DNA from: a virus
Taxonomy: Duplodnaviria > Caudoviricetes
DNA length: 24,755 bases
Strand: one strand, 5' to 3'
Virus record (IMG/VR): IMGVR_UViG_3300020044_003799
Coordinates: 1-24,755 of that record
Shown here: positions 5,571 to 15,072 of the stretch, in pieces
How the letters are laid out: the number at the start of each line of letters is the position of its first letter
Numbering within the stretch: position 1 is the stretch's first letter
Notes under the pieces: generated by a model
What the model was told of the DNA's origin: nothing
What the model saw: only the letters and a program-made list of their open reading frames with translations
Database searches by the model: none
Translations under genes and position numbers: made by a program

Positions 5571-8500
5571 TATGCTGCCCCTGTCCTGCTGTATGTCGTT
5601 TGTTGAAGAATGTTCAAATTGGTAACTGGCGTTGTTGTCAAGGTGTAAGTTCCTGTGCCAGTAGTGTAATCAGAAGTCAAAACTTGCAATGCTCCATTGT
5701 TGTAAAGCTCAAAAGCATTTTGGTCGTAATTAAAAGAATATGTCCCTTGACTGATTACAGTGTTGACCGCCACGCTACTTGGGTTTCCAATTGGAACGGT
5801 TAAGTTGCTATCAGCAAATTGAATTATTGTCAGCAAGCCAGTTACATTTGACGGGAAATTGGTTATTGCTCCACTGACCAAATCGTAATCTTGATCGTTG
5901 ACTGATGCGCCATTGATAAATAATTTTTCAGCGCCGCTGTGAATTGAAAATGTTGTTGGCGTATAGCTGGAGGCTGCACTCAAACTGGCTGTCCATCTGC
6001 TAAATGGCCGATAACTAAATCCGGTATCACGATACTGATAAAAAGTTTGTCCAGCAACCACACCAGTGACAGTTGTTGTGTAAGTAACTTGATAAGTTGC
6101 CGGATTGTAAGCAGACACTATATATTGTGTCGGTGTTCCAGTATTCAGGAATGTGTGAATATCGCCAGAAACAATGTTTTGATATGGCAAAGCTGAAGAA
6201 TTGTAAGTGACAACATTGGTGGCGACTGATTGAACGGTTATGTTCAATGAAACATAACTAATAGCAGAACTGATCGCCCTCATCGACAAAATAGCAATCT
6301 GATCATTAAGCACTGCACCCGTGCCAAGCGTCACTGTCGTGCTATTTTCCGTGTATTCAGTTGTATCAAGCAAAGCACCATTGCGGAACACCAAATCCAT
6401 TCCAGTGATGTAATTAGCTTGTCTTGCTGTCGGCGTAAACACTGTCTGACCGGAAGTAGCCACCGCATCAAATCTGGTGTAATAAAAATCATCAGGGGTA
6501 AGGAATCCAAGCACTCGCCCGTAAATGTCAATTGTTAGCGTGCTGGCTGTTCCTGTCAGCGTTTGAACGCCGGAGCCAAAGTTAAGCAATTGGGCAAGTG
6601 ATGCAACAACTTTACCGTCAAGGTTGTTGGTAATTGCAATCTCGCCAGCGCCGATGTTTGTCGTGCCGGTTTCAATCAGTTGGCCGGTGCGAGCATCAAG
6701 GTCAATAAAGTTTGTTGCACTTGGCAAAGCACTCCAGATTGACGGGTCATAAATTGCCGTGTTGGCCGGAACATACCGCGCAGTGCCCGCTGAATATGTG
6801 GCTGGCCCTGTAGCAAAACTAAACTTGCGTCCTTGCCTATTTGTGTAAAACAAATTATTCGATGTATTAAAAGCTGGGTCAGCAAAATACCATGTGTAAT
6901 CACCTGCTGTTGCCGAATATGTTGAGGATGCCGAATTGTAAATTCCGTAATAATTTTTTCCAGTTGGCGTAGGAGAAATTCCAGTTCCATCTTGATCATC
7001 AGCATAAGCAATGACGGCATAACGCTCAACATACTGGAATGTTGTTGGCCTCCACCGCAAGATGACAGACGAACCAGAAAATGCGCTCTTGCCCAAAGAG
7101 TTGACCATGCGAACTGCAAAGTACCAATCACCATTTGGGATGTTGGAAAGAGTCACAGTTCCCATGCTGGAATTGGGAAGATAGGGATTGCCGCCAGGGT
7201 TGATTGCAGTTGTACCTGCAAAAATTCTCTGGCTAGGTGTCGGATTGATAAACGCCGAATAATAAACTTCTGCGTACTGAATGATACCGGCGGAAGATGC
7301 GGTTACCACCAAACCAAAGGAAGGGTTTGCAATTGTTGGCTGTAGGTTTACAACAGTGGGCGTGACCAAAGTCCCAAAACCCAAAGGCGAGCTAATGCCG
7401 GTATTCGGTGCTGGTGTAAATTGAGTTACCGAAATGTCATCATAGACCGCAGAGTTATATTCCATCAAAGACAAAGTGGCGCTGATCTTGCCATCTTCAC
7501 CAAAGTTCTCAACTACCTGGCCAATCCGAAAAGGTTTTGCAACCCAGCCGTAATTGACATTGGTCACCGAAACGATATCGCCAGCCTCAAGCTGCAAACC
7601 AACATAATTAATAGTCAACTTGATTTGCAAGTCTTCCCGACCACCTTCAAGGAATCGATTGGCAAGATATTGAGCGCGCACACCGTTGTTCACTAGGGGC
7701 AAATTGATTGATTGCTTATTGACCGGCTCGTTTGGATACATCAATGCAGGGTTCAAAACTGCAAGGTTATATGTTGCAGTGCTGAAAGCATCCTGACTTG
7801 TTCCGTCTGGAAATTTAACTTCTGCAATGTTGTAGCTGCTAGCAATATCAACAGGCGTGATCTGGATTGCTGAAATGATGTTGGAATCATTTAGCGCCAT
7901 TGCAATGGTATATGTGGGCGATTGAACAATCACGCCCCATGTGCCTGTAATTTCGTTGTACCGAATCAAACAGTCGCAGCAACTTGCCATCAGTTGCAAG
8001 TTGTTCATAATCGTCTGGTTTGTATCTAATGTTCCATCAAACTGAAACCGCGCCTGAGTTGCAGTGCCTCCACCAGAAGGTGTGTAGGAAAATGAGCCAG
8101 AGCAATACGCATTAAGGGCTGTCAACGATGTCGTGTTAATGCTTGCAACAGGAATGGCAGCGCCATAACGGGTAGAAGACAAATAATCAGAAATGCAATC
8201 GCCAGGATTATTTCTGGGGTTGATGAGTTCAAATTTTGTTTGCTGCAAGCCAGTTAAATTGGCATCTGTGTTGTAAGTCATCTTAATAATTGCAAACGCG
8301 CAATTACTCATTAACTTTGCAGAATCCCACTGGTAAACCAAATTGGCATCTTGCATGATTTGAATTGCATTCTGAGTAGTGTTTACTCCAGAATATGATC
8401 CATTATTAAACAGATAAAAATTCAAATTTCCCGTAACGGTATCATCTGTAATTCCTGTTGATTCATCAAGCAAACCAATTACTGCCGTTGTATCTACGGT

Positions 8501-8887
8501 ATCAAAGACACATTTTTTGCCGCCGAAATAAATATCTCCAAATGCAAAAGAATCTGGCGTGCCGCCTGTTTCTGTATTTGTAACTTCAGCCAATGTAAGA
8601 ACATAGTACAAAACCTGATTGTCTTGCGTGATGCTCAAATCAGTAACGATGCCGCCGACATACGCTTGCCCATAAACCACGGGAATTTTGTTGTCGCCAG
8701 CAGGAGGCAATTGCAATCGATTGCCAGGGTTTGCTGAATTAATCGAACTATTATCAATGCTTGGCGCAAAAGCCTTGCTGATAATCATTGAAGCAACAAT
8801 GTTTACAGCAAAAGCAACGGCAACATATGCCGCAGTTCCAGCCGCAGCAGCCCCAAGTAAAGCACTTGCAACAATTGAACCTGGCAT
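5570..8887 (-). CDS. Tail tip / central fibre protein, lambda J-like (1105 aa)
   Basis: Hydrophobic N-terminus, KIPVVYG, LQLEAGDIVSVT...KPFRI, FN3-like WYFAVRMVNSLGKS, beta-rich C-terminal domains; expected size and position. Confidence 0.85.
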   Translation of the reverse strand: MPGSIVASALLGAAAAGTAAYVAVAFAVNIVASMIISKAFAPSIDNSSINSANPGNRLQLPPAGDNKIPVVYGQAYVGGIVTDLSITQDNQVLYYVLTLAEVTNTETGGTPDSFAFGDIYFGGKKCVFDTVDTTAVIGLLDESTGITDDTVTGNLNFYLFNNGSYSGVNTTQNAIQIMQDANLVYQWDSAKLMSNCAFAIIKMTYNTDANLTGLQQTKFELINPRNNPGDCISDYLSSTRYGAAIPVASINTTSLTALNAYCSGSFSYTPSGGGTATQARFQFDGTLDTNQTIMNNLQLMASCCDCLIRYNEITGTWGVIVQSPTYTIAMALNDSNIISAIQITPVDIASSYNIAEVKFPDGTSQDAFSTATYNLAVLNPALMYPNEPVNKQSINLPLVNNGVRAQYLANRFLEGGREDLQIKLTINYVGLQLEAGDIVSVTNVNYGWVAKPFRIGQVVENFGEDGKISATLSLMEYNSAVYDDISVTQFTPAPNTGISSPLGFGTLVTPTVVNLQPTIANPSFGLVVTASSAGIIQYAEVYYSAFINPTPSQRIFAGTTAINPGGNPYLPNSSMGTVTLSNIPNGDWYFAVRMVNSLGKSAFSGSSVILRWRPTTFQYVERYAVIAYADDQDGTGISPTPTGKNYYGIYNSASSTYSATAGDYTWYFADPAFNTSNNLFYTNRQGRKFSFATGPATYSAGTARYVPANTAIYDPSIWSALPSATNFIDLDARTGQLIETGTTNIGAGEIAITNNLDGKVVASLAQLLNFGSGVQTLTGTASTLTIDIYGRVLGFLTPDDFYYTRFDAVATSGQTVFTPTARQANYITGMDLVFRNGALLDTTEYTENSTTVTLGTGAVLNDQIAILSMRAISSAISYVSLNITVQSVATNVVTYNSSALPYQNIVSGDIHTFLNTGTPTQYIVSAYNPATYQVTYTTTVTGVVAGQTFYQYRDTGFSYRPFSRWTASLSAASSYTPTTFSIHSGAEKLFINGASVNDQDYDLVSGAITNFPSNVTGLLTIIQFADSNLTVPIGNPSSVAVNTVISQGTYSFNYDQNAFELYNNGALQVLTSDYTTGTGTYTLTTTPVTNLNILQQTTYSRTGAA

Positions 8888-9334
8888 TTACATCACCCAA
8901 AATTCTTCTAGTTTATTAAATCCAAACTTATCGTATTTTAAGTCGGGGCTATTTACCATCTTGCTGATAAAGAAAGCAGATATGCGACCTTCATCTTTAA
9001 GCGCCTGTCCATGTTCAACATACGCACTCAACAACCGATGGCCTCCAGAGCCGCCACGGGCCTCTGGATTGACCCAGTAGGCCATCTCAGTCATAACCAA
9101 GTGCTTTGGACTCCATGCACTGCTGGCAACTGCTGCCAACAACATGCCTTCAACTTTATCAGACTCGACTAAAAGTGCAACACCTCGACCAGCCATAATT
9201 TCAGTCAATACGCGAGTCACATAAATCTCATCATCTGCATCATGCAAAAACGGCAATGGCGTTTGCGCTCGATATTGCCGCAACATATCTAAGATTACGG
9301 GAATATCAAAAGGAGTTGCATCACGCACTCTCAT
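8888..9334 (-). CDS. GNAT-fold acetyltransferase-like protein (148 aa)
   Basis: MRVRDAT..DI..I N-terminus, YWVNPEARGGSGGHRLL resembling acetyl-CoA-binding motif A, and YDKFGF near the C-terminus. Start moved to the ATG at 9334 to avoid a long overlap. Confidence 0.8.
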   Translation of the reverse strand: MRVRDATPFDIPVILDMLRQYRAQTPLPFLHDADDEIYVTRVLTEIMAGRGVALLVESDKVEGMLLAAVASSAWSPKHLVMTEMAYWVNPEARGGSGGHRLLSAYVEHGQALKDEGRISAFFISKMVNSPDLKYDKFGFNKLEEFWVM

Positions 9335-10004
9335 TTTTTCCGAACGCATAGTTAATGGTGGAAATAAAATTGACTCGATCCATTGAGGTATCGCCTGGCG
9401 TTGACGCTTGCCACGCATTGTCATTTGTATATCGGCCAGCAGTGCGGTTTTGCAAGATCAACTGAAAGCTTGAGGCGCTGATTGTCACTACGCCAGTAAA
9501 CGCTCTGGCTTCTTCCATCCATTGCTCAGAAATGGAAAATGAATTGATGTAGCCGTTAAAGTATTTGTAAACACCAGTACTGCCAGCAGAACTAGACCAG
9601 CCAATGATATTTGATAAATTATTTGACCATGCAATTGGCGCAGATGAATTATTTAACCATGACACGGTTGAATCGGTTATCAACTCATTGTTGCTGTTAA
9701 AAAACGCATGCCACAATTCAATTTGTGACCCTTTGATTTTTGAGCCAAGCACCAGCCCCAGCATGGCCGTATCAATGCCAACCATCGTGACAGTCGTTTC
9801 ATTGGCAGTGCTTTTAATATCACGCTGCGCTGAATTTACTGCAATTAGTTGACCAAGTGCCGTAAAAGGAAGCGCAGAAATTGAAGGAATGGTAATTGCA
9901 TATGGCGCAGTAGAAAACAGATAAGTAGCGTCAGGCGTTGTTAGGCGGAAAAAATCCGCATAACGAATGACATTTGTGTTTTGTACAGGCCCAATCGAAT
10001 TCAT
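9321..10004 (-). CDS. Tail tip hub / minor tail protein (gpL or DUF2163-like position)
   Basis: Position between the Dit-like and J-like genes; F.ALG.L.AV..., YF.GYI and RYTND..W.....GD pattern; contains no Cys. Confidence 0.65.
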   Translation of the reverse strand: MNSIGPVQNTNVIRYADFFRLTTPDATYLFSTAPYAITIPSISALPFTALGQLIAVNSAQRDIKSTANETTVTMVGIDTAMLGLVLGSKIKGSQIELWHAFFNSNNELITDSTVSWLNNSSAPIAWSNNLSNIIGWSSSAGSTGVYKYFNGYINSFSISEQWMEEARAFTGVVTISASSFQLILQNRTAGRYTNDNAWQASTPGDTSMDRVNFISTINYAFGKNESA

Positions 10005-10681
10005 AGCACGACCTCTGTTGCTGAAAACTCACCAGACCACGAAATAAAGCTGTCATTTGTCATTGGTACAAGCGTGTAGGTTGGGTAATCCCGCACAACA
10101 ACAGGAAATGTAATTCCAGTGTATGTTGAGCCACCCAATGATGCGGTTGTTCCAAATTGCCCAATTACCGGCGCAACAGGTGTTGAAACAACAGTCATCA
10201 AAGACCGATGAACAGGAATGTTTACTGTAGCTGCGCCACCGCGCAAAACATCAGCAGTTGCAATGTATGCATAGCGATCAATCTGAATAAAATCACCGGC
10301 TTTAACGATAAAGCTTCCAGCAGATATTGCCGGCAAACTACCCAAGACAATTGTTTTGTTCGCGGAAGAAGTCTGAATTGCTGTTGCAATGATTTGTGCG
10401 CTACTCATATCGCCTTGATAGACAATGTAATTGAGCCAACCAGTTGTACCGAAATTCAAATACTGCTCTGTGATTCGGTCAGCAACGCGCAAGGTAGACA
10501 AAATGGCGCGGCTTTGCGTGTACAGCAAATAATTCATTGGCTTGATCGCAAACTGAAACGGTTGAACCGTCAGAATTTCTGAGGTGCTAATCCTCATGTT
10601 GCGGCTCATCATTTGACCGGCAAATTTGTGGTCATTGATTCCAACAGATTCCGCAATAGCAAGTATGGATTGGAGGCTCAT
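10001..10681 (-). CDS. Distal tail (Dit)-like protein
   Basis: Position downstream of the tape measure, VKAGDFIQI motif, F...EVV C-terminus, ATGA coupling on both sides. Confidence 0.6.
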   Translation of the reverse strand: MSLQSILAIAESVGINDHKFAGQMMSRNMRISTSEILTVQPFQFAIKPMNYLLYTQSRAILSTLRVADRITEQYLNFGTTGWLNYIVYQGDMSSAQIIATAIQTSSANKTIVLGSLPAISAGSFIVKAGDFIQIDRYAYIATADVLRGGAATVNIPVHRSLMTVVSTPVAPVIGQFGTTASLGGSTYTGITFPVVVRDYPTYTLVPMTNDSFISWSGEFSATEVVL

Positions 10682-11769
10682 TGGGCAATCCGATAAGTTA
10701 CATAGGTTGCTGTCGCTGTTTTTCGGGTACGAAATCTAGCCGATGTGCTAATGGCAACTGTAGCGTTTCCAACAATGGTATGACCCGTGCCGCCCGCTAT
10801 AGTAATTGCACCAGTGCTAGAACCCAAATTAATAACAGTCCAATCAAAACCCATGTTTGCCACCACTGAAGCAGGAACACCGCCATCAATTAATGTGCCA
10901 GTAGGCAAAGTAAAAGTAATTGCGGTTGCCGATGTGCCAGTAATGATTTGCGTAAGCAAGTTAGCAATGGTCAGCGTAACAGTTGCTGAAAATGCGCTTG
11001 CCGCTGGTTGAGTAAAGTAAAGCTCACCCCCGCCAGTCATGAAAATATCGCCTGAAGTTGTCAGGGTTGTAAATGCACCTGTGGATGCCACCGTGCTTCC
11101 GATAGCGGGAGGAGACGCAAGGTAAGTGCTAAAACCAGTGCCAGAGACGGTGCTGCTGGCGCTCAAGGTAGTAAACGCGCCTGTACTGGTTACGGTTGCC
11201 CCAATGCTCATTCGATTGATCGTGCCAGCAGTTGCGGGGCTGATGGTGACCACGCCCGTGCCTGTGGGCGATAAGACCACATTGGCGCTGGCTGGGCTAA
11301 GAGTGACTGCCGCTGATGCCGCCAAGGTTGTAAACGAACCAGCAGCCGCTGTTGTCGCGCCAATTGACATCCGGTTAATCGTGCCAGCAGTTGCCGGATT
11401 GATAGTAACCAAGCCCGTGCCAGTTGGCGATAAAACCACATTGGCACTGGCTGGACTTAGGGTGGTTGCGCCCGATGCGGTCAGCGTTGTAAATGCCCCC
11501 GTTGACGCTGTGGTTGCGCCAATGCTCATCCTATTGATTGTCCCAGCAGTCGCTGGATTGATTGTCACCACGCCCGTTCCAGTTGGTGAGATCACCACAT
11601 TCAAATTGGCTGGACTAAGCGCCACTGCGCCAGTTGCCGACAATGTGTAGTTGATCGTCATTGTCGATGCAGCAATTGCATAGGCGGCATCATAGTAAGC
11701 AAAGTTGGCATCCAGATTCGCCAATGGAATCGTAGATACTGCTGACGCAAATGAATTTGGGACTGCCAT
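10678..11769 (-). CDS. Thr/Ala/Gly-rich fibre-like virion protein with three 53-aa repeats (363 aa)
   Basis: N-terminal IPLANLDANF, a central repeat shaft and a beta-rich C-terminal domain (TLPTGT...FDWTVIN...ARFRTRKT...YRI); AAGGA SD. Confidence 0.72.
   Translation of the reverse strand: MAVPNSFASAVSTIPLANLDANFAYYDAAYAIAASTMTINYTLSATGAVALSPANLNVVISPTGTGVVTINPATAGTINRMSIGATTASTGAFTTLTASGATTLSPASANVVLSPTGTGLVTINPATAGTINRMSIGATTAAAGSFTTLAASAAVTLSPASANVVLSPTGTGVVTISPATAGTINRMSIGATVTSTGAFTTLSASSTVSGTGFSTYLASPPAIGSTVASTGAFTTLTTSGDIFMTGGGELYFTQPAASAFSATVTLTIANLLTQIITGTSATAITFTLPTGTLIDGGVPASVVANMGFDWTVINLGSSTGAITIAGGTGHTIVGNATVAISTSARFRTRKTATATYVTYRIAQ
11143..11619 (-). repeat. Three tandem 159-bp (53-aa) repeats inside the fibre gene
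   Basis: Unit LSPAxxNVVxSPTGTGxVTIxPATAGTINRMSIGATxxxxGxFTTLxAS... starts at 11619, 11460 and 11301. Confidence 0.92.
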
Positions 11770-11778
11770 AATTTTTCC

Positions 11779-14238
11779 TTACCGTGACATTGGAATGCTG
11801 CGATTAGCCGACTGATAAGCCGACCAAACCGATGCTTTGTTTTTAGCCAAGAACTGAAGGCCAGACTGCGTATCAATGGCGCTCATGTTCTGAATGAATG
11901 GGCCATTGTAATTTACGGTTTGACCGCCGCCACCCATGCCAGCCAAAGCATGATTAGGAATGATCGTACCCGCTGTGCGAGGCACAAACAATTCTGGGCC
12001 ACGCTCGCCTACAACACTTACACGGCCAACAGGAGGGTCGCCGCCATTTGCAAAACCAAGGCTACCGGCTAACTCTAGACCACCCATATCATTCACAAAG
12101 CCATTACCGCCACCGCCAATACCAGGCAAGCCCATACCCTTGAATGCCATGCCAAGAAGTGATGTTGCCTGTGCTTTCAATTGAATGGCAATCAGGTCTT
12201 GAATGATGCTACGGGCAAAGTCCTTGAAGTTCAATTTGCCGGTCTTCACAAAGTTATCAATGGCCGATGACATGTTGCTGAAGACTACGCTAGTAAACTC
12301 TTTCATCCGATCCAATCGATCTTGTGCATCGATCTGCAAAGACTTCATTGCTTCCTTTTCGCGGATACGGCCTAGCTCGATTGTTTTCTCTTCATCAGGC
12401 AAATACGATTCATTAACCGCTTTAATTTCTCGAGCGACATCCAGGCGCAACATCTCCTGCTTCAATTCACGGTCAGTCGCATACATCATTTGCTCTTGAA
12501 CTGCCAAACGATCTTTGTCGTATTGAAGCGCATCTTTATCTACTTTGAATTTGTTGTATGAAGCTAATTGACGATCTGAAATTACTTTAAGCGCTTCAAC
12601 TTGAGCTTTAATGTTTTCATCCAGCAGCTCATCAGCAAACGCAGCTTCTTTTACCATCAAGCCAAGTTTGTATTTATTGACTTTTACAATACGATCTTGC
12701 TCGATTTGAGCAAGTTGCGCGTTCAATACCTGTGTATTTCTTGCCGTGTAATAACCAACTTCATCAGTTTGTTTTTTCTTAAACTCGGCTTGTGCGGTAT
12801 CAATAGCACGCTGTGCGTCCAAATCAATAATCATTCGCTCATTGGCATATTGCTTATCAGCAACCAATTTTGTATCAAGGCGAATTTTTTCCAGCAATTG
12901 AATGTTTGCCTGATCTTTGGAAAAGCCGCCAGCTTTTGCCCTTTGTTCAATTTCAGTTTGAACTTTTAGTGCAGCGGCAGATTTTTCTGCTGCGGCTTTA
13001 TCACCAGCATCTCGCTCTTCAGCAAGAGCTTTATATGCTTGAGTTGCTTTTTCAAATTGAGCTTTTGCAGCAAGATCGTTTGGTCGAACATCCAACACCT
13101 TCATCGCTTGAAGGATAAGTTCGCTTTGTTTCTTAAGTTTTTCTCCAACGGTGTCTGGCTTCCCCCAGTTCATCATTGCATTCCAAGCGGCACTTGCTTT
13201 TTCAGTGACGGTTTGCCATGCCTGGCTTAGATATCCCGTTTCAACTTTTATGCTTTTCAAAGAAGCATTCAATGCGTCAGTAGTTAAAATAATTGCTTCT
13301 TGTTTTTTGCCTTGGCGCTCCAATGCTTCAATCTGCAAGTACTGAGCCATTGTCAGGAAATGGTACTGGTCATTGAGCGATTTTGCAGAAGCAGCAGTGC
13401 CATTCAATGATGGGATCAGCTTCTTTGCGGCCTCATCCGCACTTAGACCAGACACTTTGGCAAACCGCAAAATCGTGTCGCCAACAGAAGAAAATGTTGC
13501 GCCAGTAAAATTGCCAGATGCAACCAATTGAGACAAGACTTCTTTAGCCTCACCAATTGATGCAACCATGTTGCCGCTGATTCCCTCGGCCAACAAAGCA
13601 AATTGGTCTTGCGTAATTCCAGCGAAATTTCCAGTAAGCCGGAGATCATCACGCAACCGCACAAATTCTTCATGTCCTTTGTACAGCGCAAAGCCAACAG
13701 TACCAGCAGCGGCAGCAAGCCCCACCATTGCCACACGGAAGACCGTAATCATGCTCCCAAGCGCTTTAAACATGGGGACAAGGCCACCATAGGTGTCTTT
13801 GAGTTGACCGCCCTGCTGGATGGCTGCAATCAACACACTTTGACCAGACGCAACTTGGGTAAAGAAGTCAGTTGTCTGATACATCAAGCTTTGCTGCTGG
13901 AATGCAGTCATGCCAGAGGTAGCAGTTTTTGTTGATTTTGCAACATCATCGTATGCCTTGGCTTGCATACGCAATTGTTCTTTTAATTTGTCATCAATTT
14001 TTGTATATCTACCACTTTGAATTTCTCGTTCAATTATTTGAACTTGAGAAAGTGCTTTGCCATAATCTTCAGTGGCAAATTTTAATTTGATAATTTCAGC
14101 CGCAGCAGCTTCAGAATCTCTTTTTAATTGCACTCCCATTGCACGATTTTTAGCAATGGCTTGATCAATGGCCGCAGTAAATTCTGCCGTATCCAATCCA
14201 AGAACAACGCCAAGTCGAGCAATATTATTTGATGCCAT
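11779..14238 (-). CDS. Tape measure protein (819 aa)
   Basis: L.V.LGLDTAEF start, YQTTDFFTQVASGQS...QQGGQLKD, long helical body, FVKTGKLNFKDFARSIIQDL and FANGG...VGERGPELFVP lambda-type C-terminus. Confidence 0.94.
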   Translation of the reverse strand: MASNNIARLGVVLGLDTAEFTAAIDQAIAKNRAMGVQLKRDSEAAAAEIIKLKFATEDYGKALSQVQIIEREIQSGRYTKIDDKLKEQLRMQAKAYDDVAKSTKTATSGMTAFQQQSLMYQTTDFFTQVASGQSVLIAAIQQGGQLKDTYGGLVPMFKALGSMITVFRVAMVGLAAAAGTVGFALYKGHEEFVRLRDDLRLTGNFAGITQDQFALLAEGISGNMVASIGEAKEVLSQLVASGNFTGATFSSVGDTILRFAKVSGLSADEAAKKLIPSLNGTAASAKSLNDQYHFLTMAQYLQIEALERQGKKQEAIILTTDALNASLKSIKVETGYLSQAWQTVTEKASAAWNAMMNWGKPDTVGEKLKKQSELILQAMKVLDVRPNDLAAKAQFEKATQAYKALAEERDAGDKAAAEKSAAALKVQTEIEQRAKAGGFSKDQANIQLLEKIRLDTKLVADKQYANERMIIDLDAQRAIDTAQAEFKKKQTDEVGYYTARNTQVLNAQLAQIEQDRIVKVNKYKLGLMVKEAAFADELLDENIKAQVEALKVISDRQLASYNKFKVDKDALQYDKDRLAVQEQMMYATDRELKQEMLRLDVAREIKAVNESYLPDEEKTIELGRIREKEAMKSLQIDAQDRLDRMKEFTSVVFSNMSSAIDNFVKTGKLNFKDFARSIIQDLIAIQLKAQATSLLGMAFKGMGLPGIGGGGNGFVNDMGGLELAGSLGFANGGDPPVGRVSVVGERGPELFVPRTAGTIIPNHALAGMGGGGQTVNYNGPFIQNMSAIDTQSGLQFLAKNKASVWSAYQSANRSIPMSR

Positions 14239-14240
14239 TT

Positions 14241-14726
14241 TTATTTCCTTCGCCGTGAAAGTTTAGCGGCGTAAGCTGGAATCCATGCGCCAAGTTGTGA
14301 TTTTAATATGGCAAGCACATTTTCAGCATTTGAATCTAATGCTCTACGCAAAAAAGGTTGCGCTGGCATTTTGGAGGTTCCAAATTCATTGGCAAGTGAT
14401 ACCGCGCTTTTCTTAACCGATACAACCGCAATAATTGCATCTGTTTCGTTGACATAACCAGAAGCTTTGTCTCTGTTATTTGGTATGCGTGAATCAATGC
14501 GTGTTGTGTCTCGCATATGGATCGGCCCCGTAGACTTTTCGTCATACGGGGCCGTACTGACAACCTGTGTATATACAGGTTCCATTGCAATCTTTGCAGC
14601 CTTTGCCATAGTGGCTCGAGCAGTCAGATCAGAACGCATTCCATTGTTCAATGCCAGCAATTGCGCTTCAAATTCGGCAAAGCCCTCAAGCTTAATTGTC
14701 CGGTTGTTTGGAGCGTAATCTGCCAT
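14241..14726 (-). CDS. HK97 gp10-like tail component (161 aa)
   Basis: IKLEGFAEF N-terminus and EFGTSKMPAQPFLRRA signature; start set at the ATG at 14726. Confidence 0.85.
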   Translation of the reverse strand: MADYAPNNRTIKLEGFAEFEAQLLALNNGMRSDLTARATMAKAAKIAMEPVYTQVVSTAPYDEKSTGPIHMRDTTRIDSRIPNNRDKASGYVNETDAIIAVVSVKKSAVSLANEFGTSKMPAQPFLRRALDSNAENVLAILKSQLGAWIPAYAAKLSRRRK

Positions 14727-14727
14727 G

Positions 14728-15072
14728 CTAATCACCAAAGTATTTTTCTGAGCCAGGTTTAGATGCAATAAAACTGAGAAGCTGTTCGTTAACTCTATCC
14801 TTTAGCTCTTCATCTGTCGGCGGCACAACAATGTATTCATGCATTGATGGAAGAATATCTTTCATCATGTATGGGGACGCTGTCTGCTTTAGCTTTGAAT
14901 TTAGGTTGCCGGTGGTTAATGCACTAAGTGCAAGCAAAACCGCTTTATTCCCGATAAATCCATCACTGATCAGTATTTCAATATCTCTAAAGTCATCAAC
15001 CGAAATCGAGTCAGGACACCCACCGTGGGCCAAGATATACGCCCTTGTTTGCCGGTGCGTGTCCCGAATTAG
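14728..15072 (-). CDS. Tail assembly chaperone T portion, reached by -1 frameshift
   Basis: The -1 frame is open from the slippery site (LIRDTHRQTRAYILAHGGCPDS...) to the TAG at 14728. The only early start is a TTG at 15033. Confidence 0.75.
   Translation of the reverse strand, partial: LIRDTHRQTRAYILAHGGCPDSISVDDFRDIEILISDGFIGNKAVLLALSALTTGNLNSKLKQTASPYMMKDILPSMHEYIVVPPTDEELKDRVNEQLLSFIASKPGSEKYFGD

Noticed and set aside
11143-11619. Repeats as a CRISPR array or DGR template/variable pair
   Set aside because: They are in-frame coding repeats with no spacers, differences are not adenine-specific, and no cas or reverse transcriptase gene is in the window.
11126-11650. 174-aa plus-strand ORF with internal repeats
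   Set aside because: Antisense shadow of the 53-aa repeat region; its periodicity is inherited from the minus-strand gene.
12500-14238. AT-richer patches in the tape measure gene (also in parts of the J-like and fibre genes) suggesting mosaic origin
   Set aside because: Judged by eye only. A sliding-window GC3 calculation and comparison with relatives are needed, and amino-acid composition could explain it.
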